A stretch of DNA of 61,114 nucleotides, counting the filler, from a candidate division TA06 bacterium SM23_40 (lineage in GTDB: Bacteria; LJUI01; SM1-40), in assembly GCA_001303705.1 (NCBI GenBank). It is 4 parts of 4 records of this genome, joined end to end, with 100 filler letters (N's around TTAATTAATTAA, not from the genome) between each part and the next. Parts side by side here need not be neighbours in the genome. Positions count along the whole stretch, not along the records: positions 1 to 18,273 come from LJUI01000056.1; 3 more parts are not named here. The stretch is one strand, 5' to 3'. This document shows, in pieces, positions 1 through 10,903 of this stretch (its first letter is position 1; every line of letters begins with the position of its first letter). Both the position numbers and the translations under genes were made by a program. The notes below the pieces were generated by a model. That model searched no databases. It worked only from the letters and a program-made list of their open reading frames with translations, and had not been told where the DNA came from.

Positions 1-38
1 CCTTGCTAATCGATTCGCGCCGCCTCGCCCCCCGAGAG

Positions 39-126
39 CTCCCCTGCGACTTACCCGCATCTCCCCTGCGACTTACCCGCATCTCCCCTGCGACTTACCC
101 GCATCTCCCCTGCGACTTACCCGCAC
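39..126. repeat. 22-bp tandem repeat, 4 copies (CTCCCCTGCGACTTACCCGCAT)
   Basis: Copies at 39, 61, 83 and 105; the last ends in C instead of T. No spacers. Lies directly downstream of the stop at 127-129. Confidence 0.95.
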
Positions 127-2536
127 CTACCGAGCTGTCTCGGACGCCCCCTCCTTCTCACACGGATTCTCTTCCTTTAGCACGGGAAAGGTGACGACGA
201 ACGTGGCCCATTTACCTTCCTCGCTCTCTGCCGTAATACTCCCTCCGTTGGCCTGGGCCAGGATTCTTGAAACCGCCAGCCCGAGGCCGATCCCTTTCTC
301 CTTGGTGGTGAACAGAGGTTCGAACAGCATCTTCATGTTTGTCACGCACAAGGAGCTGCACCTCCCTATCCTCGGCGTGCGCGCTGATGAACAGCTCACC
401 GCCGTCAGGCATCGCCTCATAGGCGTTCGTAACCAGATTCCCGATCACCTGCCTCGTCTGCTGGGAATCGACGAAGACCAGGGGCAGATCAGACGCCATG
501 GTGATCGTCACTTTCACCTTCTGGGGCGGGGTATACCGTTCCAGGACCTGGGCTACCAGAACCGAGATCGCTATCTCTTCTTTCTTGCCGGGCTTTGTAC
601 GCGAGAACTCCAGGAGGTCTGAGACTATCTCTTCGGAATGCTGAACCTCTGACGCGATCAACGCAAGGTGCTTCTTGATCGCCCTATCCGCATCACTCAG
701 TTTTGTCTCCAGATAGTAGACGGCGTTCGAGATAACACCTAGCGGGTTCCGGAGCTCGTGGCCCACCCCGCCGGCGAGCTGTCCCAGAACCGCAAGCTTC
801 TCCTTGCGGACCAGCGCATCCTGGGCATCCCTCAGCTCTCTCGTGCGGAGGTCAACCATCTTCTCCAGTTGTTCGGAGTAGTTTCTTAACTCCTCTGCCT
901 GCTTCCGCTCGGTGACGTCCCGGCCGATCCCCCGGTAACCCAGGAGGTTCCCATCTTTGTCGATGATCGGCACACCGCTTGTCTCCAGCAGCACCAGTCG
1001 CCCGTCCCTGTGCAGGTTGCAGTTCTCCAACCGCTCAAAGGCGCGTCTTGCCTGGACGATGGCCCGGAACTCCGTTCCGATCCGCTCCGACTCATCAGGA
1101 GGCATGAGATCGAACGGCGTCTTCCCGATGACTTCCTCTGGGTCATACCCGAGGATATCCCTTACTTTGGGGCTGGCATATGTGTACACCCCGTTCGCAT
1201 CGACTTCCCAGATCCAGTCGCTGGTGCTCTCCACTATAGAACGAAACCGTTCCCTGCTCTCCTCTAGCGCCTTCCTCTCTTCATCTTCGCGGTCGGTGAT
1301 GTCTCGGACGACAGCATACGTGAGCCCTTCCTCTCGGATATAGGTAGCAGCCCACTCCAACCATCTGTACGACCCATCCCTGCACCGGCAGCGGTTATCG
1401 AAGTGGGTCGTCGGACTTCCATCAGAGAGTCTTTGTTCCACCTCTCTTACCGTTGCCTGCACATCGTCGGGGTGCACAAAATCCAGAAAGTGTCTCCCTG
1501 TGACCTCCTTGTTCTCGTATCCAAGGACTCTAGTGAAGGCGGGATTGACCCTCCGGAAATTGCCATCAGTATCCAGGACACAGATCATGTCGACCGAGAG
1601 GAAGAAGATCCTTTCAAGAGCTTCTTGTGCTTTCCTCTCCTCGGTAATGTCTCTGCCGTAGACTGCTATTGCGCAGACATCTCCCGCCGCATCAAAGACC
1701 GGATAGAGGCTATTGTCGACGATTCTCCCCGCACGCTCATCCTCGAACCGCACATGCTTACGCGATTGAACTACCTCGTCGCACTTCTCCATTCGACGGG
1801 TCGCAATACCGGGAGGAAGGATATCATGAATATTTGCACCCACGAGCTCATGCGGACGCTTCGCCAGTCTTCCAGCCCCGACCTCGTTTACCGCGAGGAT
1901 ATTCCCCTCACGATCTACAAGGACTACCGTATCAGTTGTGGCGTTGAAGATCGCCCGGGCAGTCGCCTCGCTCTTCCGCAGGGCCTCCTCCGCCCGCCTC
2001 AGCTGGGTGATGTCCCGAATGACAGTGACTACCCCTGAAACGACTCCTTCTCTGACAATCGGTATCTTTCGTGTTTCTGTTGCGATGTCGCCAGCACCAA
2101 CCCGCATCGTCTCTTTTGTGACGAGAGTCCTTCCGGTATCGAGCACATAACGATATTCGTCGCAAGCAGAGGGCGGCAGGAACGGAAGCGCATCGAGGAG
2201 TCCTCGGCCGACGACCTCTGCAGGGACTCCCAACTTCAAGCACCACTGCGCGAACGCCGTGTTGCAGCGAACTACCCTGAGGTCACTATCCACGATGTGT
2301 ATGGCATCATCCATGGAGTCAATCGCTATCGCCCATTCCAGCGCTGACTCTTTCTGTGGCCTATCGTTCCTGCAGTGCGCACGATCTGATGCCGAACACT
2401 CGTCAACAAGACACAGCGGTGACTCTTCGTGAGTGCTGACGTCGTTACCGTGCCCGGGATCTGCTGTCGAGCACTCATCGACAAGACGTTGCAGAGCCGC
2501 GCATCCCGGTATTGGGTCCTTCTTTGCCACTCTCAT
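127..2536 (-). pseudogene. Multi-PAS sensor histidine kinase with a frameshift/deletion in the HATPase domain
   Basis: ORF 212..2755 has four PAS/PAC domains, H-box (GVGHELRNPLG) and N-box (NLVTNAYEAM). It leaves frame at LLVRD (~340). F/G2 boxes (LFEPLFTTKEKGIGLGL) are in ORF 127..420, and the G1 box is missing. Likely start ATG 2536 after AAGGA. Confidence 0.8.
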
Positions 2537-3184
2537 ATCCTTTCGGTCCGGTCCCACGACTGGGCCGCGGGTCGAGCTCTGTGAGCAGAATATCATAGCC
2601 GCGAACCCATCCACACCACCCTCAATGGCACCGATGTGGTCGAGATCAGATATCTCGGCATAGTTCCATCGCTGCGAATCCGACAGTAGCTTGTCATAAC
2701 CGGTACGGACCGCTGTTCCACCGCCCTGGCCGGCCGATCCAGTGGTCTCACCCACTGCCGCAGGCGGCCTCCGACCGGAGTCGGTAACTCGAATGCTCCG
2801 AGCCTTTACCAGACCGAGGTGCCGGGTCGGTCAGATTGTCGACGGATTCCTTCTCAACTATCAGGGATGCTGAGGCGGGACCGATGGGGTGAGGCACCTT
2901 CCGCGGGCACTCGTTCCGGCCGGAGCATGCGACCGGGCGCCCCATGGACGGCAACAGAAGAGAAGGAAGCCGCCTCCTGACTTCGCTTTCAAAGAGCCGG
3001 GGCGATACCTGCAGCCGGCGGCGCAGAGTCTGCCCACCACGCATCCATTCTGTCGAGCAGCTCCGTGTCCGGGCGAGAGCCGGCGGGTCAAGGGGCTCAA
3101 CCCCGGCACGCATGCTCTCATACCGATAAGCGACTCTCAGCACTGAATCGGAATCCCGGATCGGTTCTGCGACGTGACCGGAGA

Positions 3185-4840
3185 TCAGTCGCCCGGCCGG
3201 TTATTGTCGGCTGACGGCTCGGGCGGCCTCAGGGGCAACCTGATGGTGAACGTGGACCCCGCGCCTTCCTCGCTGACCACGTCGATCGTTCCGCCATGTT
3301 GTTCGACGATCGATCTGCTGACCGCGAGCCCGAGGCCGATACCGTGAGACCGCGTAGTGAACAGGGGAGTAAATATCTTTGTGAGATTCTCTTCCGGGAT
3401 TCCGCATCCGGTGTCTGCGACCGTAACCTCTACCATCTCGCCATGAGGCCGAATGCTGACATCGAGACGTCCCCCGTCCGGCATCGCCTGAACGGCATTG
3501 GCAACGCAATTGAGGAATACCTGACGGAGCCTGTCTCGATCCGCCAACACAACCGGCCTACCATCCGCGACCTGGAGTGAGACCTCGGTCTTCTGGTGGA
3601 TCCATGCCCCTGAGAGGACCTCCTCGATCACATCCCTGATATTCACCTCGGAAAGCTCAAGGGCCTTCTTCCGCGAGAAATCGAGGAGATCACCCACTAT
3701 CTTATTGCACGCATTCACCTCCCGCTCGATGATGTGGAGATGTTTCCTCACCTTCTCGTCAGCAGGCTCGAGCCGATTGCCGAGATAGAAGCAGGAATTC
3801 CGAATCACTCCCAGGGGATTCCGGATCTCGTGTCCGACGCTGGCGGCCAACCTGCCGATAGCGGCAAGGCGCTCACACTCGAGCGCTCGCTCCCGTGCCT
3901 CCATGAAGGCTTTCGTCCGCTCCGCCACCCTTGCCTCGAGTTCCTGCGAGTGCCCCAGCACTTGCTCCTGGAGGCGAACTCGCTCGATGGCCATCGCTGC
4001 GGTATTGGCGAAGATCTCGAGTGTCCGTATGGCATCGCGGCTCGGGAGCTTGCCGCCCTCGGGGCAGTCGACGGAGATCGTTCCCACAAGTCCTTTGGTT
4101 TCAGAGAAAATGGGAGTGAGGAGTATGTCAAGGGGGTGCCATTCATCGTCTTTCACGGGTCTCGTCGTATCACCGACAGAGCTGCCATACTTGTGCAGCA
4201 ACGCGCGGCGTTCAGTGTAGCGACAGAGATACGATCGCGAGATTCGGTACCGTTCTCTCAGCAGATTGGTGATCCACTCCAGCGGAGGAGGATTGGCCTT
4301 CAGCCTCTTGAATTCGGACTCTTCGACACCGGCGGCCGCCCTGCGCTCGAGGACGCCTCTCTCCACGTTGACCAGATTGATGAGCACCCGCCCGAACCCC
4401 AAGCTCGTCTCGACACCACGCGCGACCCCGGCCAGCAATTCGCTGAGACTCGCTGTCTTCTGGAGCTTCGCCGAGACCTCATGGAGTGCAGAGAGCTGGT
4501 CGATACGCCGGGCGAGTTCTTCATTAGAGGCCTCGAGCCTCGCCGCCTGTTGCCTCAATTCCGCAACAAGATTCCGCTCCTCCCCGTTGCTCATGGATGC
4601 CTGGAGCCGCTCGGTCTCCTGTTCCAGCCCGGCGATGAATTCGCCCTCTGCATACTCATCGCGGACGGCCTCACCGCCCGACCCGTGCTCTGTGAAGGCC
4701 TGCCGCCGTTCTCTTCCACCCTTCCTCCCACCGTCAGAAGGGCGCCGAGCGGAAGTGGGCGAGACCGACGGCGACTCGTCCCTATGTCCGGCATCCGGGG
4801 TATGCTTGCTCAACTTCTTTCTCGTCCTCTGTGCAGACAT
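3185..4840 (-). CDS. GAF-domain sensor histidine kinase
   Basis: GAF segment, H-box GHEIRNPLG, N-box NCVANAVQAM, G1 DTGCGI, F/G2 FTPLFTT..GIGLGL. Confidence 0.9.
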   Translation of the reverse strand: MSAQRTRKKLSKHTPDAGHRDESPSVSPTSARRPSDGGRKGGRERRQAFTEHGSGGEAVRDEYAEGEFIAGLEQETERLQASMSNGEERNLVAELRQQAARLEASNEELARRIDQLSALHEVSAKLQKTASLSELLAGVARGVETSLGFGRVLINLVNVERGVLERRAAAGVEESEFKRLKANPPPLEWITNLLRERYRISRSYLCRYTERRALLHKYGSSVGDTTRPVKDDEWHPLDILLTPIFSETKGLVGTISVDCPEGGKLPSRDAIRTLEIFANTAAMAIERVRLQEQVLGHSQELEARVAERTKAFMEARERALECERLAAIGRLAASVGHEIRNPLGVIRNSCFYLGNRLEPADEKVRKHLHIIEREVNACNKIVGDLLDFSRKKALELSEVNIRDVIEEVLSGAWIHQKTEVSLQVADGRPVVLADRDRLRQVFLNCVANAVQAMPDGGRLDVSIRPHGEMVEVTVADTGCGIPEENLTKIFTPLFTTRSHGIGLGLAVSRSIVEQHGGTIDVVSEEGAGSTFTIRLPLRPPEPSADNNRPGD

Positions 4841-5489
4841 CGCTCGCTACCCTACCACCTCTTCTACACATCCACCTACTTGTCTTGTGCGCAGGGCTCC
4901 TTGCGGAGGTCAGAGATAGCAATTTTCGTGCCCGCCGCCGCCTGTGTACAGGGGGAGTGCCCCCCTCCGCGGCCGACCTGAGCCCGGGGCCCATCTCCGA
5001 GATGAACCAGATAATTGCCTGAAACATAGTAACTTAGAGACGGGCCCGCCGACCCCAACGGGTCACTCGTGCTTCGCGCAGGCTCATCCCGACCTCGTTT
5101 CCTCACCCCCGGGTCACTCCATCCAGCCTCTTCCCTGCCCGACTGTGAGTTTTTCCAAAGCGCCGAAATGCAAGCCTGCTGCGAGGGTTGAGAGCCCCAG
5201 AGGGCAATTTCCCCAGCGTCATTGCGCGAATTTGCGCAAAATGGCCTGGCCGGGACCCTGAACTGATCGACTTTGACACACCACCCTTGACCTCCCTTAT
5301 TGATTCTGCAATCATCTGTTCCAGTTTCCCGAGTCGTCCTCTGCCGGGCGCCCGACCCGGGTAACGAAACAACCTACTCCCCGATCTCATCATCTGGTAT
5401 TTTCTGCTGGCCCTTGATGCTCTCTACACCCGACCCGGCCGCCATGTTGTCGGCCGGACCCCAGCCCCCCGTTCGAGATGCCAGGTACA

Positions 5490-5716
5490 ATGACCACCGG
5501 GCCCAAGTTCCATCTCGTCGCGCTCGTCGCCCTGGTTGTGGTCCGTGCACACTACCAGCAGATCACTCAGGACGATGCGTTCATCGCCCATCGCCACGCC
5601 TGAAACCTCATGCGCGGCGACGGTTCTGTCTTCAATCGAAGAGAGCGCGTGGAGGGATATGCTTCAGCTTCCTCTGGGTTATGCTGGCGGCGCTCGCAAG
5701 CCTCGAGGAGCAGTAA
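5490..5716 (+). pseudogene. Degenerate N-terminus of a GT-C type membrane glycosyltransferase
   Basis: Hand translation: MTTG..QDDAFIAHRHA*NLMRGDGSVFNRRERVEGYA, then a frameshift to SFLWVMLAAL. Matches the DDAFI-RYA-NL-G-G-VFN-GERVEGY-FLW motif of this family. In-frame TGA at 5601. Confidence 0.7.
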
Positions 5717-5919
5717 AGGCGCCTCGTCCCTCAGAGCGAGGTCTCGTCACTCGGCACCTCCTGCAGCGTGCGAGGCCCATGGCAGCGAAGCTTCCGGAGG
5801 GGGATACGATGTACCTGAGTGATCCCAAGAGCACGGAAAATCCGGCTTGACTCCCGCTCCTACACGTGTAAAAATCAGCGTCCTCCATCTCGGTCAACAC
5901 TGGATGGCTATCCTCCAGA

Positions 5920-8460
5920 ATGGCGATAAGGAGGCCGGATGTGACAAAGGGAGACGTGAAAAGGCCGAAGGGTCACCCGCTGGTCGCGAAGATCGCTCCC
6001 TGGATTGCGATCGTCGCGCTCATCGTTTTTGCCTCCCTGCTGAAGCACCACCACTGGTCGGTGCGCGGACAGAGGCCCTTTTATTCCGATGCCGCCTTCC
6101 GCTATCGCTACGCATTGATGGCGGCGGACGGAACGCCCATACCTGACGTCGACTACGCGGTACAGCACCCCGAAGGGCTCAACCTTCGCGAGAAGATCCC
6201 CCTCACGCCCGAGATCGTGATCGGCACCACCTACAGAATTCTGTTCGGCGACGATTCCCGGGTCTCCTTCGACCGTTTCCTCATCGTCTTCGTCTGCACG
6301 TTCTCCAGCCTCTCCATCATCGCCGTCTTCCTCATGGCGTATGCCATATGGGGAAGTAGATGGGGAGCGATCGTCGCCGCCCTTTTCTATACCGTCGCCA
6401 CGCCTGCCTTTGAACGAACCGTCGGCAACTATCTGACCGAGGACTTCGTCCTCCCGTTCATCTTCCTCGGGCTGACTGCCTTCATCTGGGCAGCAGTCCG
6501 GCTGAGGCGGAGCAGAGCGGGCTGGCAGATTCCCCTTCTCGCGGTGCTCGCCGGTCTCGCTCTCGCCGTAGCCCTCATTTCGTGGAACTTGTCGCAGTTC
6601 ATCGTCGCACTCCTCATCCTCTTCTGCGTCCTCGTGACACTGCTGCGGCGGGAGCTGCACGACACGATGATAGTCCCGAACCTGGCCATCATCATCCTCA
6701 TCGCGGCTGTCATCGGCATCGCCCATCCTGTTCTCCGGGCACGGTGGTTCTTCGTCTCCTATCCGATGCTCGCCGCGTATGCCCTCATCATCGTCTCCTT
6801 TCTGGACCGTCGGTTCGAGGTGGGGAGACCTCGACGCCTGGCTCTGTTCATCGTCGCCTTTTCCGCCCTGGGAGCTATCGCGCTCCTCCTCCCCCGGCAG
6901 GCAGCGGAGTTTTCGCGCGTCGCCTCGTTCCTGTTCACGAAGCTCCGATTTCTCGGACAGAAGCCCGCCGATCCGGGCCTCATCACCTTCGACGACCGCG
7001 CCTTCTGGCTTGGCCCATGGAGGGGCCCCGCGCTCATCTCGATTCTCTTCTCGTATGTTGCCCTTCTCCCCCTCGCCGTCGTTCCCCTGTGGATGCGTGG
7101 CTACGAGCTGCGACGCGGAGCGCGGTCGAGCGCACACGCCCGCACCGCTGCCCACCAGGAAAGAATGGGCTATTTCTTTCTTCTCTACTGGACTGCCGTA
7201 AGCCTCGGTCTGTACCTGTTTACTCATCGGCTCACCGTCCTCCTCGTCTTCTTCGCGGCCGTCGCCATCGGTGGCTGGCTCTCAGTATTCACGCGGCCGA
7301 ATCTCCGCTGGGTACCGCTGCTCCTCATTCCGCTCCTCCTCTTCGAGGGCCACAAGGCCTTCACCTACATGAGCAGAAGGCCGTTGTACGTCGCCCTCAG
7401 CCGGATCATCCGCCCCGAACCACCCAACCCGTATGCCTGGTACGGAGAGAACGTAGTGCCTGTCTTTACGTGGATCGTCATGAACACGGAAGAGGATGAC
7501 GTCTTCCTCACTCTCTTCCCCACCGGACCCACTCTCCTTGCATACACCGGCCGGGCGATCGTCCTCAATCCGATGTTCGGATCGGAGCAGATGCGGAGGA
7601 AGGGAGAAGAGTGCACCAGGGCATACTTCGGCCTCGAATCCGATCTCCTCGATATCTGCCGGAAATACGAAGTGGACTACTTACTGTACGATGCGCGAGT
7701 CCTCCTCGGCCACGACACGAACTCAGTGCGGTACCTCGCCGGCGAGAGGACAGTGACAACCTCGATGGCCACGTACCGCCTCCACTTCGCGCCAGATCTC
7801 CTGCACGATTTCATACCGCTGTACCAGAACAACTATTTCAGGGTACTCGAGGTTAGGGGTCCCGAGGAGGAACTGTCCTCGTCCCCAGTTCTGACGTACG
7901 CGCCCCTGTACGATAGAGAGCTCTTCTCAAAGATCGTGGGCTCGGAGGGAGTCCTCGACGACGAGGCGATCGATGTGGCCATCGCCCGACTCCATCAGGC
8001 GATGTATCACCTCACCTACGGGATGAACCTCATGAACAGGGGGCTCATGGATCCAGCGCGGGCGGAGTACGAGGCGAGTGTGCGGGCGGTCCCTTCGCTC
8101 CAGCCGGCACATACGTCACTCGCCTATGCCCACCAGATGGGGAGACGCTGGGACGGCGCTATCGAACACTATCGAGAGGCAATCCGCCTCAGTCCCGATG
8201 ATGCATTCGCCCACTACAACCTCGGCCGCGTCCTGTACACGCGGAAAGGACTTGTCGATAGCTCGATGGTACACTTCGGCACCGTACTCCAGCTCGACCC
8301 GTATCACACCAAGGCGCGCAACGATCTCGCCTATATCTACTGGGCCAGGGGCGACACCGCCAGGGCGATCGAAGCGTACGAAATGGTCCTCGCGATAGAC
8401 CCGGCCGATTCCATGGCACTCTGGGCCCTCGGGGAGTTGGGCCAGGGCGGCAACGAGTGA
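5920..8460 (+). CDS. Multi-pass GT-C glycosyltransferase (DPY19/STT3-like) with C-terminal TPR repeats
   Basis: About 12-13 TM segments, EL1 motif FYSDAAFRYRY, soluble C-terminal domain (TGRAIVLNP..YEVDYLLYD), and TPRs (AIEHYREAIRLSPDDAFAHYNLG). Confidence 0.8.
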   Translation: MAIRRPDVTKGDVKRPKGHPLVAKIAPWIAIVALIVFASLLKHHHWSVRGQRPFYSDAAFRYRYALMAADGTPIPDVDYAVQHPEGLNLREKIPLTPEIVIGTTYRILFGDDSRVSFDRFLIVFVCTFSSLSIIAVFLMAYAIWGSRWGAIVAALFYTVATPAFERTVGNYLTEDFVLPFIFLGLTAFIWAAVRLRRSRAGWQIPLLAVLAGLALAVALISWNLSQFIVALLILFCVLVTLLRRELHDTMIVPNLAIIILIAAVIGIAHPVLRARWFFVSYPMLAAYALIIVSFLDRRFEVGRPRRLALFIVAFSALGAIALLLPRQAAEFSRVASFLFTKLRFLGQKPADPGLITFDDRAFWLGPWRGPALISILFSYVALLPLAVVPLWMRGYELRRGARSSAHARTAAHQERMGYFFLLYWTAVSLGLYLFTHRLTVLLVFFAAVAIGGWLSVFTRPNLRWVPLLLIPLLLFEGHKAFTYMSRRPLYVALSRIIRPEPPNPYAWYGENVVPVFTWIVMNTEEDDVFLTLFPTGPTLLAYTGRAIVLNPMFGSEQMRRKGEECTRAYFGLESDLLDICRKYEVDYLLYDARVLLGHDTNSVRYLAGERTVTTSMATYRLHFAPDLLHDFIPLYQNNYFRVLEVRGPEEELSSSPVLTYAPLYDRELFSKIVGSEGVLDDEAIDVAIARLHQAMYHLTYGMNLMNRGLMDPARAEYEASVRAVPSLQPAHTSLAYAHQMGRRWDGAIEHYREAIRLSPDDAFAHYNLGRVLYTRKGLVDSSMVHFGTVLQLDPYHTKARNDLAYIYWARGDTARAIEAYEMVLAIDPADSMALWALGELGQGGNE

Positions 8461-9725
8461 AGACCGACCCCAAGGAGATGAGGCGGAAACGGACGAAGAC
8501 ATTCTGTGAAGCGGAGCGCATGAGAGGGGAGCAGCACATGATAGAGAGGAGACTCGGAAGGTCTATGGCCGGCGGGTGGCCGGGCGCGGCGCTTGCGGTG
8601 GCGCTCGCATTCTCTCTTGTGGCCCTCGGCTGCCAGTCCGACCAGGGCAGAGGGCCCGCAGGAACGGATGTGATAAAGATCGGAGCCTACTTCCCGATGA
8701 CCGGCCCGTATGCCGCAGGCGGGCAGATGACGATGGACGGCATCAACCTCGCTCACCAGCGTCGGCCAAAGGTGCTGGGAAGGACAGTCCAGACCGTTCT
8801 CGTCGACAACAAGAGCGACAAAGTGGAGTCCGCAAATGCGGTTTCCCGCCTGATAGAGAACGAAGGGGTAGTGGCGGTAATCGGTGCATATGCGAGTTCG
8901 AATGCCATGGCCGGCGCCGAGGTCTGCGAGAAGGCCCGCATCCCGATGATCTCACCCTCGGCCACCAACCCGCTCGTCACCGCGGGCAAGATGTACGCGT
9001 TCCGTGCCTGCTTCATCGATCCCTTCCAGGGACTCGTCATGGCCAAGTATGCCACCGAGACATTGGGGGCCAGGACGGCGATCGTCATCCAGGACGTGGC
9101 GGCGGACTATTCAGTCGGGCTCGCCTCATTCTTCAAGCGATCGTTCACCGAGCTGACCGGCGATCCGGGCTCGATACTGGCGACGATCTCCTACCAGACA
9201 GGGGACCAGGACTTCACCGCACAGCTCACTGTGGCCAGATCGAAAAACGCCGACGTTATCTTCATACCGGGATACTTCGGCGACATCGCTCTGCTCGCTA
9301 AGCAGGCCAAGGAGCTCGGCATCGGGTCCCACCTCCTCGCCGGCGATGCGGCCCAGGCACCGGAGTTGATCCAGATCGGCGGCGACGCTGTAGAAGGACT
9401 CGTCTTCAGCAATCACTACGCGCCAGAGCAGAGCCGGTCAGGAGCGGGTAAGGAATTCGTCGACGCGTTCAGGGAGGCGTATGGGGATGTGCCGAATGCA
9501 TTCGCCGCACTCGGGTACGACGCCTACAACATCGTGCTCTCCGCGATCGAGTCCCAGGGAGAGGCGACACCGGAGGCGATCCGCAAGGGCATCGCCGCGC
9601 TCACTGAATATGACGGTGTCACCGGAGTCATAACCATCGACGAGAACGGGGACGCGAAGAAGAGCGCGGTCATCCTCACCGTCCAGGATGGCAAGTTCAC
9701 CTATCTCGATACAGTCACCCCATAG
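8457..9725 (+). CDS. livK: Branched-chain amino acid ABC transporter substrate-binding lipoprotein
   Basis: IKIGAYFPMTGPYAAGG, lipobox LVALGC, GYDAY motif. True start probably 8538-8565. Confidence 0.9.
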   Translation: MKTDPKEMRRKRTKTFCEAERMRGEQHMIERRLGRSMAGGWPGAALAVALAFSLVALGCQSDQGRGPAGTDVIKIGAYFPMTGPYAAGGQMTMDGINLAHQRRPKVLGRTVQTVLVDNKSDKVESANAVSRLIENEGVVAVIGAYASSNAMAGAEVCEKARIPMISPSATNPLVTAGKMYAFRACFIDPFQGLVMAKYATETLGARTAIVIQDVAADYSVGLASFFKRSFTELTGDPGSILATISYQTGDQDFTAQLTVARSKNADVIFIPGYFGDIALLAKQAKELGIGSHLLAGDAAQAPELIQIGGDAVEGLVFSNHYAPEQSRSGAGKEFVDAFREAYGDVPNAFAALGYDAYNIVLSAIESQGEATPEAIRKGIAALTEYDGVTGVITIDENGDAKKSAVILTVQDGKFTYLDTVTP

Positions 9726-10009
9726 CGCGACGACGACACCCTCGGGCCACCCAGGCACGTTCAGCTCAATCTGATGGCCACGGCCAGATGCGAGACCCCG
9801 CCACACAGTGAAAATCCGGGCCGAACCCGATGCGCCGGCCAATGCGGGACCTACCCGAGGAGGTACCTCCGGAAGCAGCCATCCTGTCCGCTGCCTCCCG
9901 CGTCCGTACGGCGTAAGCACCAGCGGCCAGACAAGCGCGCGCCGGCAGAACCTCCACCGGGTTGTCCATCCAGTCGGTAGAAGCCCATCGCAACGGATCC
10001 AAGAGCACA

Positions 10010-10903
10010 GTGACATTCCCACTCTTCCTACAGCACCTCGCCAACGCCATATCGCTGGGAAGCCTCTACGCCCTCATCGCCATCGGATATACGATGGTGT
10101 ACGGCATCCTGAGGCTCATCAACTTCGCGCACGGCGACATATTCATGATGGGGGCCTACGTCGCATTCTACGGCATCCTCCTCATCTCACTTCCCTGGTG
10201 GCTCGCCTTCGCCGTCGCGGTCCTCCTCACATCATTCATTGGCATCCTCATCGATCGTGGCGCCTATCGCCCGCTCCGCAGTGCGCCGCGCATCTCCGCC
10301 CTCATCTCCGCGATCGGCGTTTCGTTCTTCCTGCAGAACTTCGCCATCGTCGTCTTCTCGGGTCGGCCCAAGGCGTTCTTTCGTCCCCCACTCTTCACGC
10401 GCGTCTTCGTCATCAAGGGAGTCAACATCCTGAGCGTGACCTTCTTCATCCCCGTGATTGCGTTCATCTCCCTCGCTGCACTCTCCTACATCATCTATCG
10501 AACCAAGCCCGGCCTGGCCATGCGGGCCGTCTCCCACGATATGGAGACCGCCCGCATCATGGGAGTCGACGTCGACCGCACCATCGCCCTCACCTTTGCG
10601 CTCGGGTCGGGACTTGCTGCGATCGGCGGCATCATGTGGGGGCTTCGATATCCGCAGATCCAGCCGCTCATGGGTGTCATCCCGGGCCTGAAGGCATTCG
10701 TCGCTGCGATCCTCGGGGGGATCGGGTCGGTCCCGGGAGCGATGATCGGCGGATTCGTACTCGGGTTAGCTGAGATCATGCTCGTCGCGTTCGCACCCGC
10801 ACTCGCAGGATACCGCGACGCCTTCGCATTCCTTATTCTCATCGTGGTGCTCCTCCTGAGGCCGACCGGCATCCTGGGTCGGAGACTCGAGGAGAAGGTG
10901 TAG
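10010..10903 (+). CDS. livH: Branched-chain amino acid ABC transporter permease
   Basis: GSLYALIAIGYTMVYGILRLINFAHG; GLKAFVAAILGGIGS. GTG start at 10010 inferred. Confidence 0.93.
   Translation: MTFPLFLQHLANAISLGSLYALIAIGYTMVYGILRLINFAHGDIFMMGAYVAFYGILLISLPWWLAFAVAVLLTSFIGILIDRGAYRPLRSAPRISALISAIGVSFFLQNFAIVVFSGRPKAFFRPPLFTRVFVIKGVNILSVTFFIPVIAFISLAALSYIIYRTKPGLAMRAVSHDMETARIMGVDVDRTIALTFALGSGLAAIGGIMWGLRYPQIQPLMGVIPGLKAFVAAILGGIGSVPGAMIGGFVLGLAEIMLVAFAPALAGYRDAFAFLILIVVLLLRPTGILGRRLEEKV

Noticed and set aside
39..126. 22-bp repeats as CRISPR or iterons
   Set aside because: No spacers and no rep gene nearby.
5601..5603. In-frame TGA as selenocysteine or readthrough
   Set aside because: The position is not a conserved Cys, and a frameshift and truncation follow.
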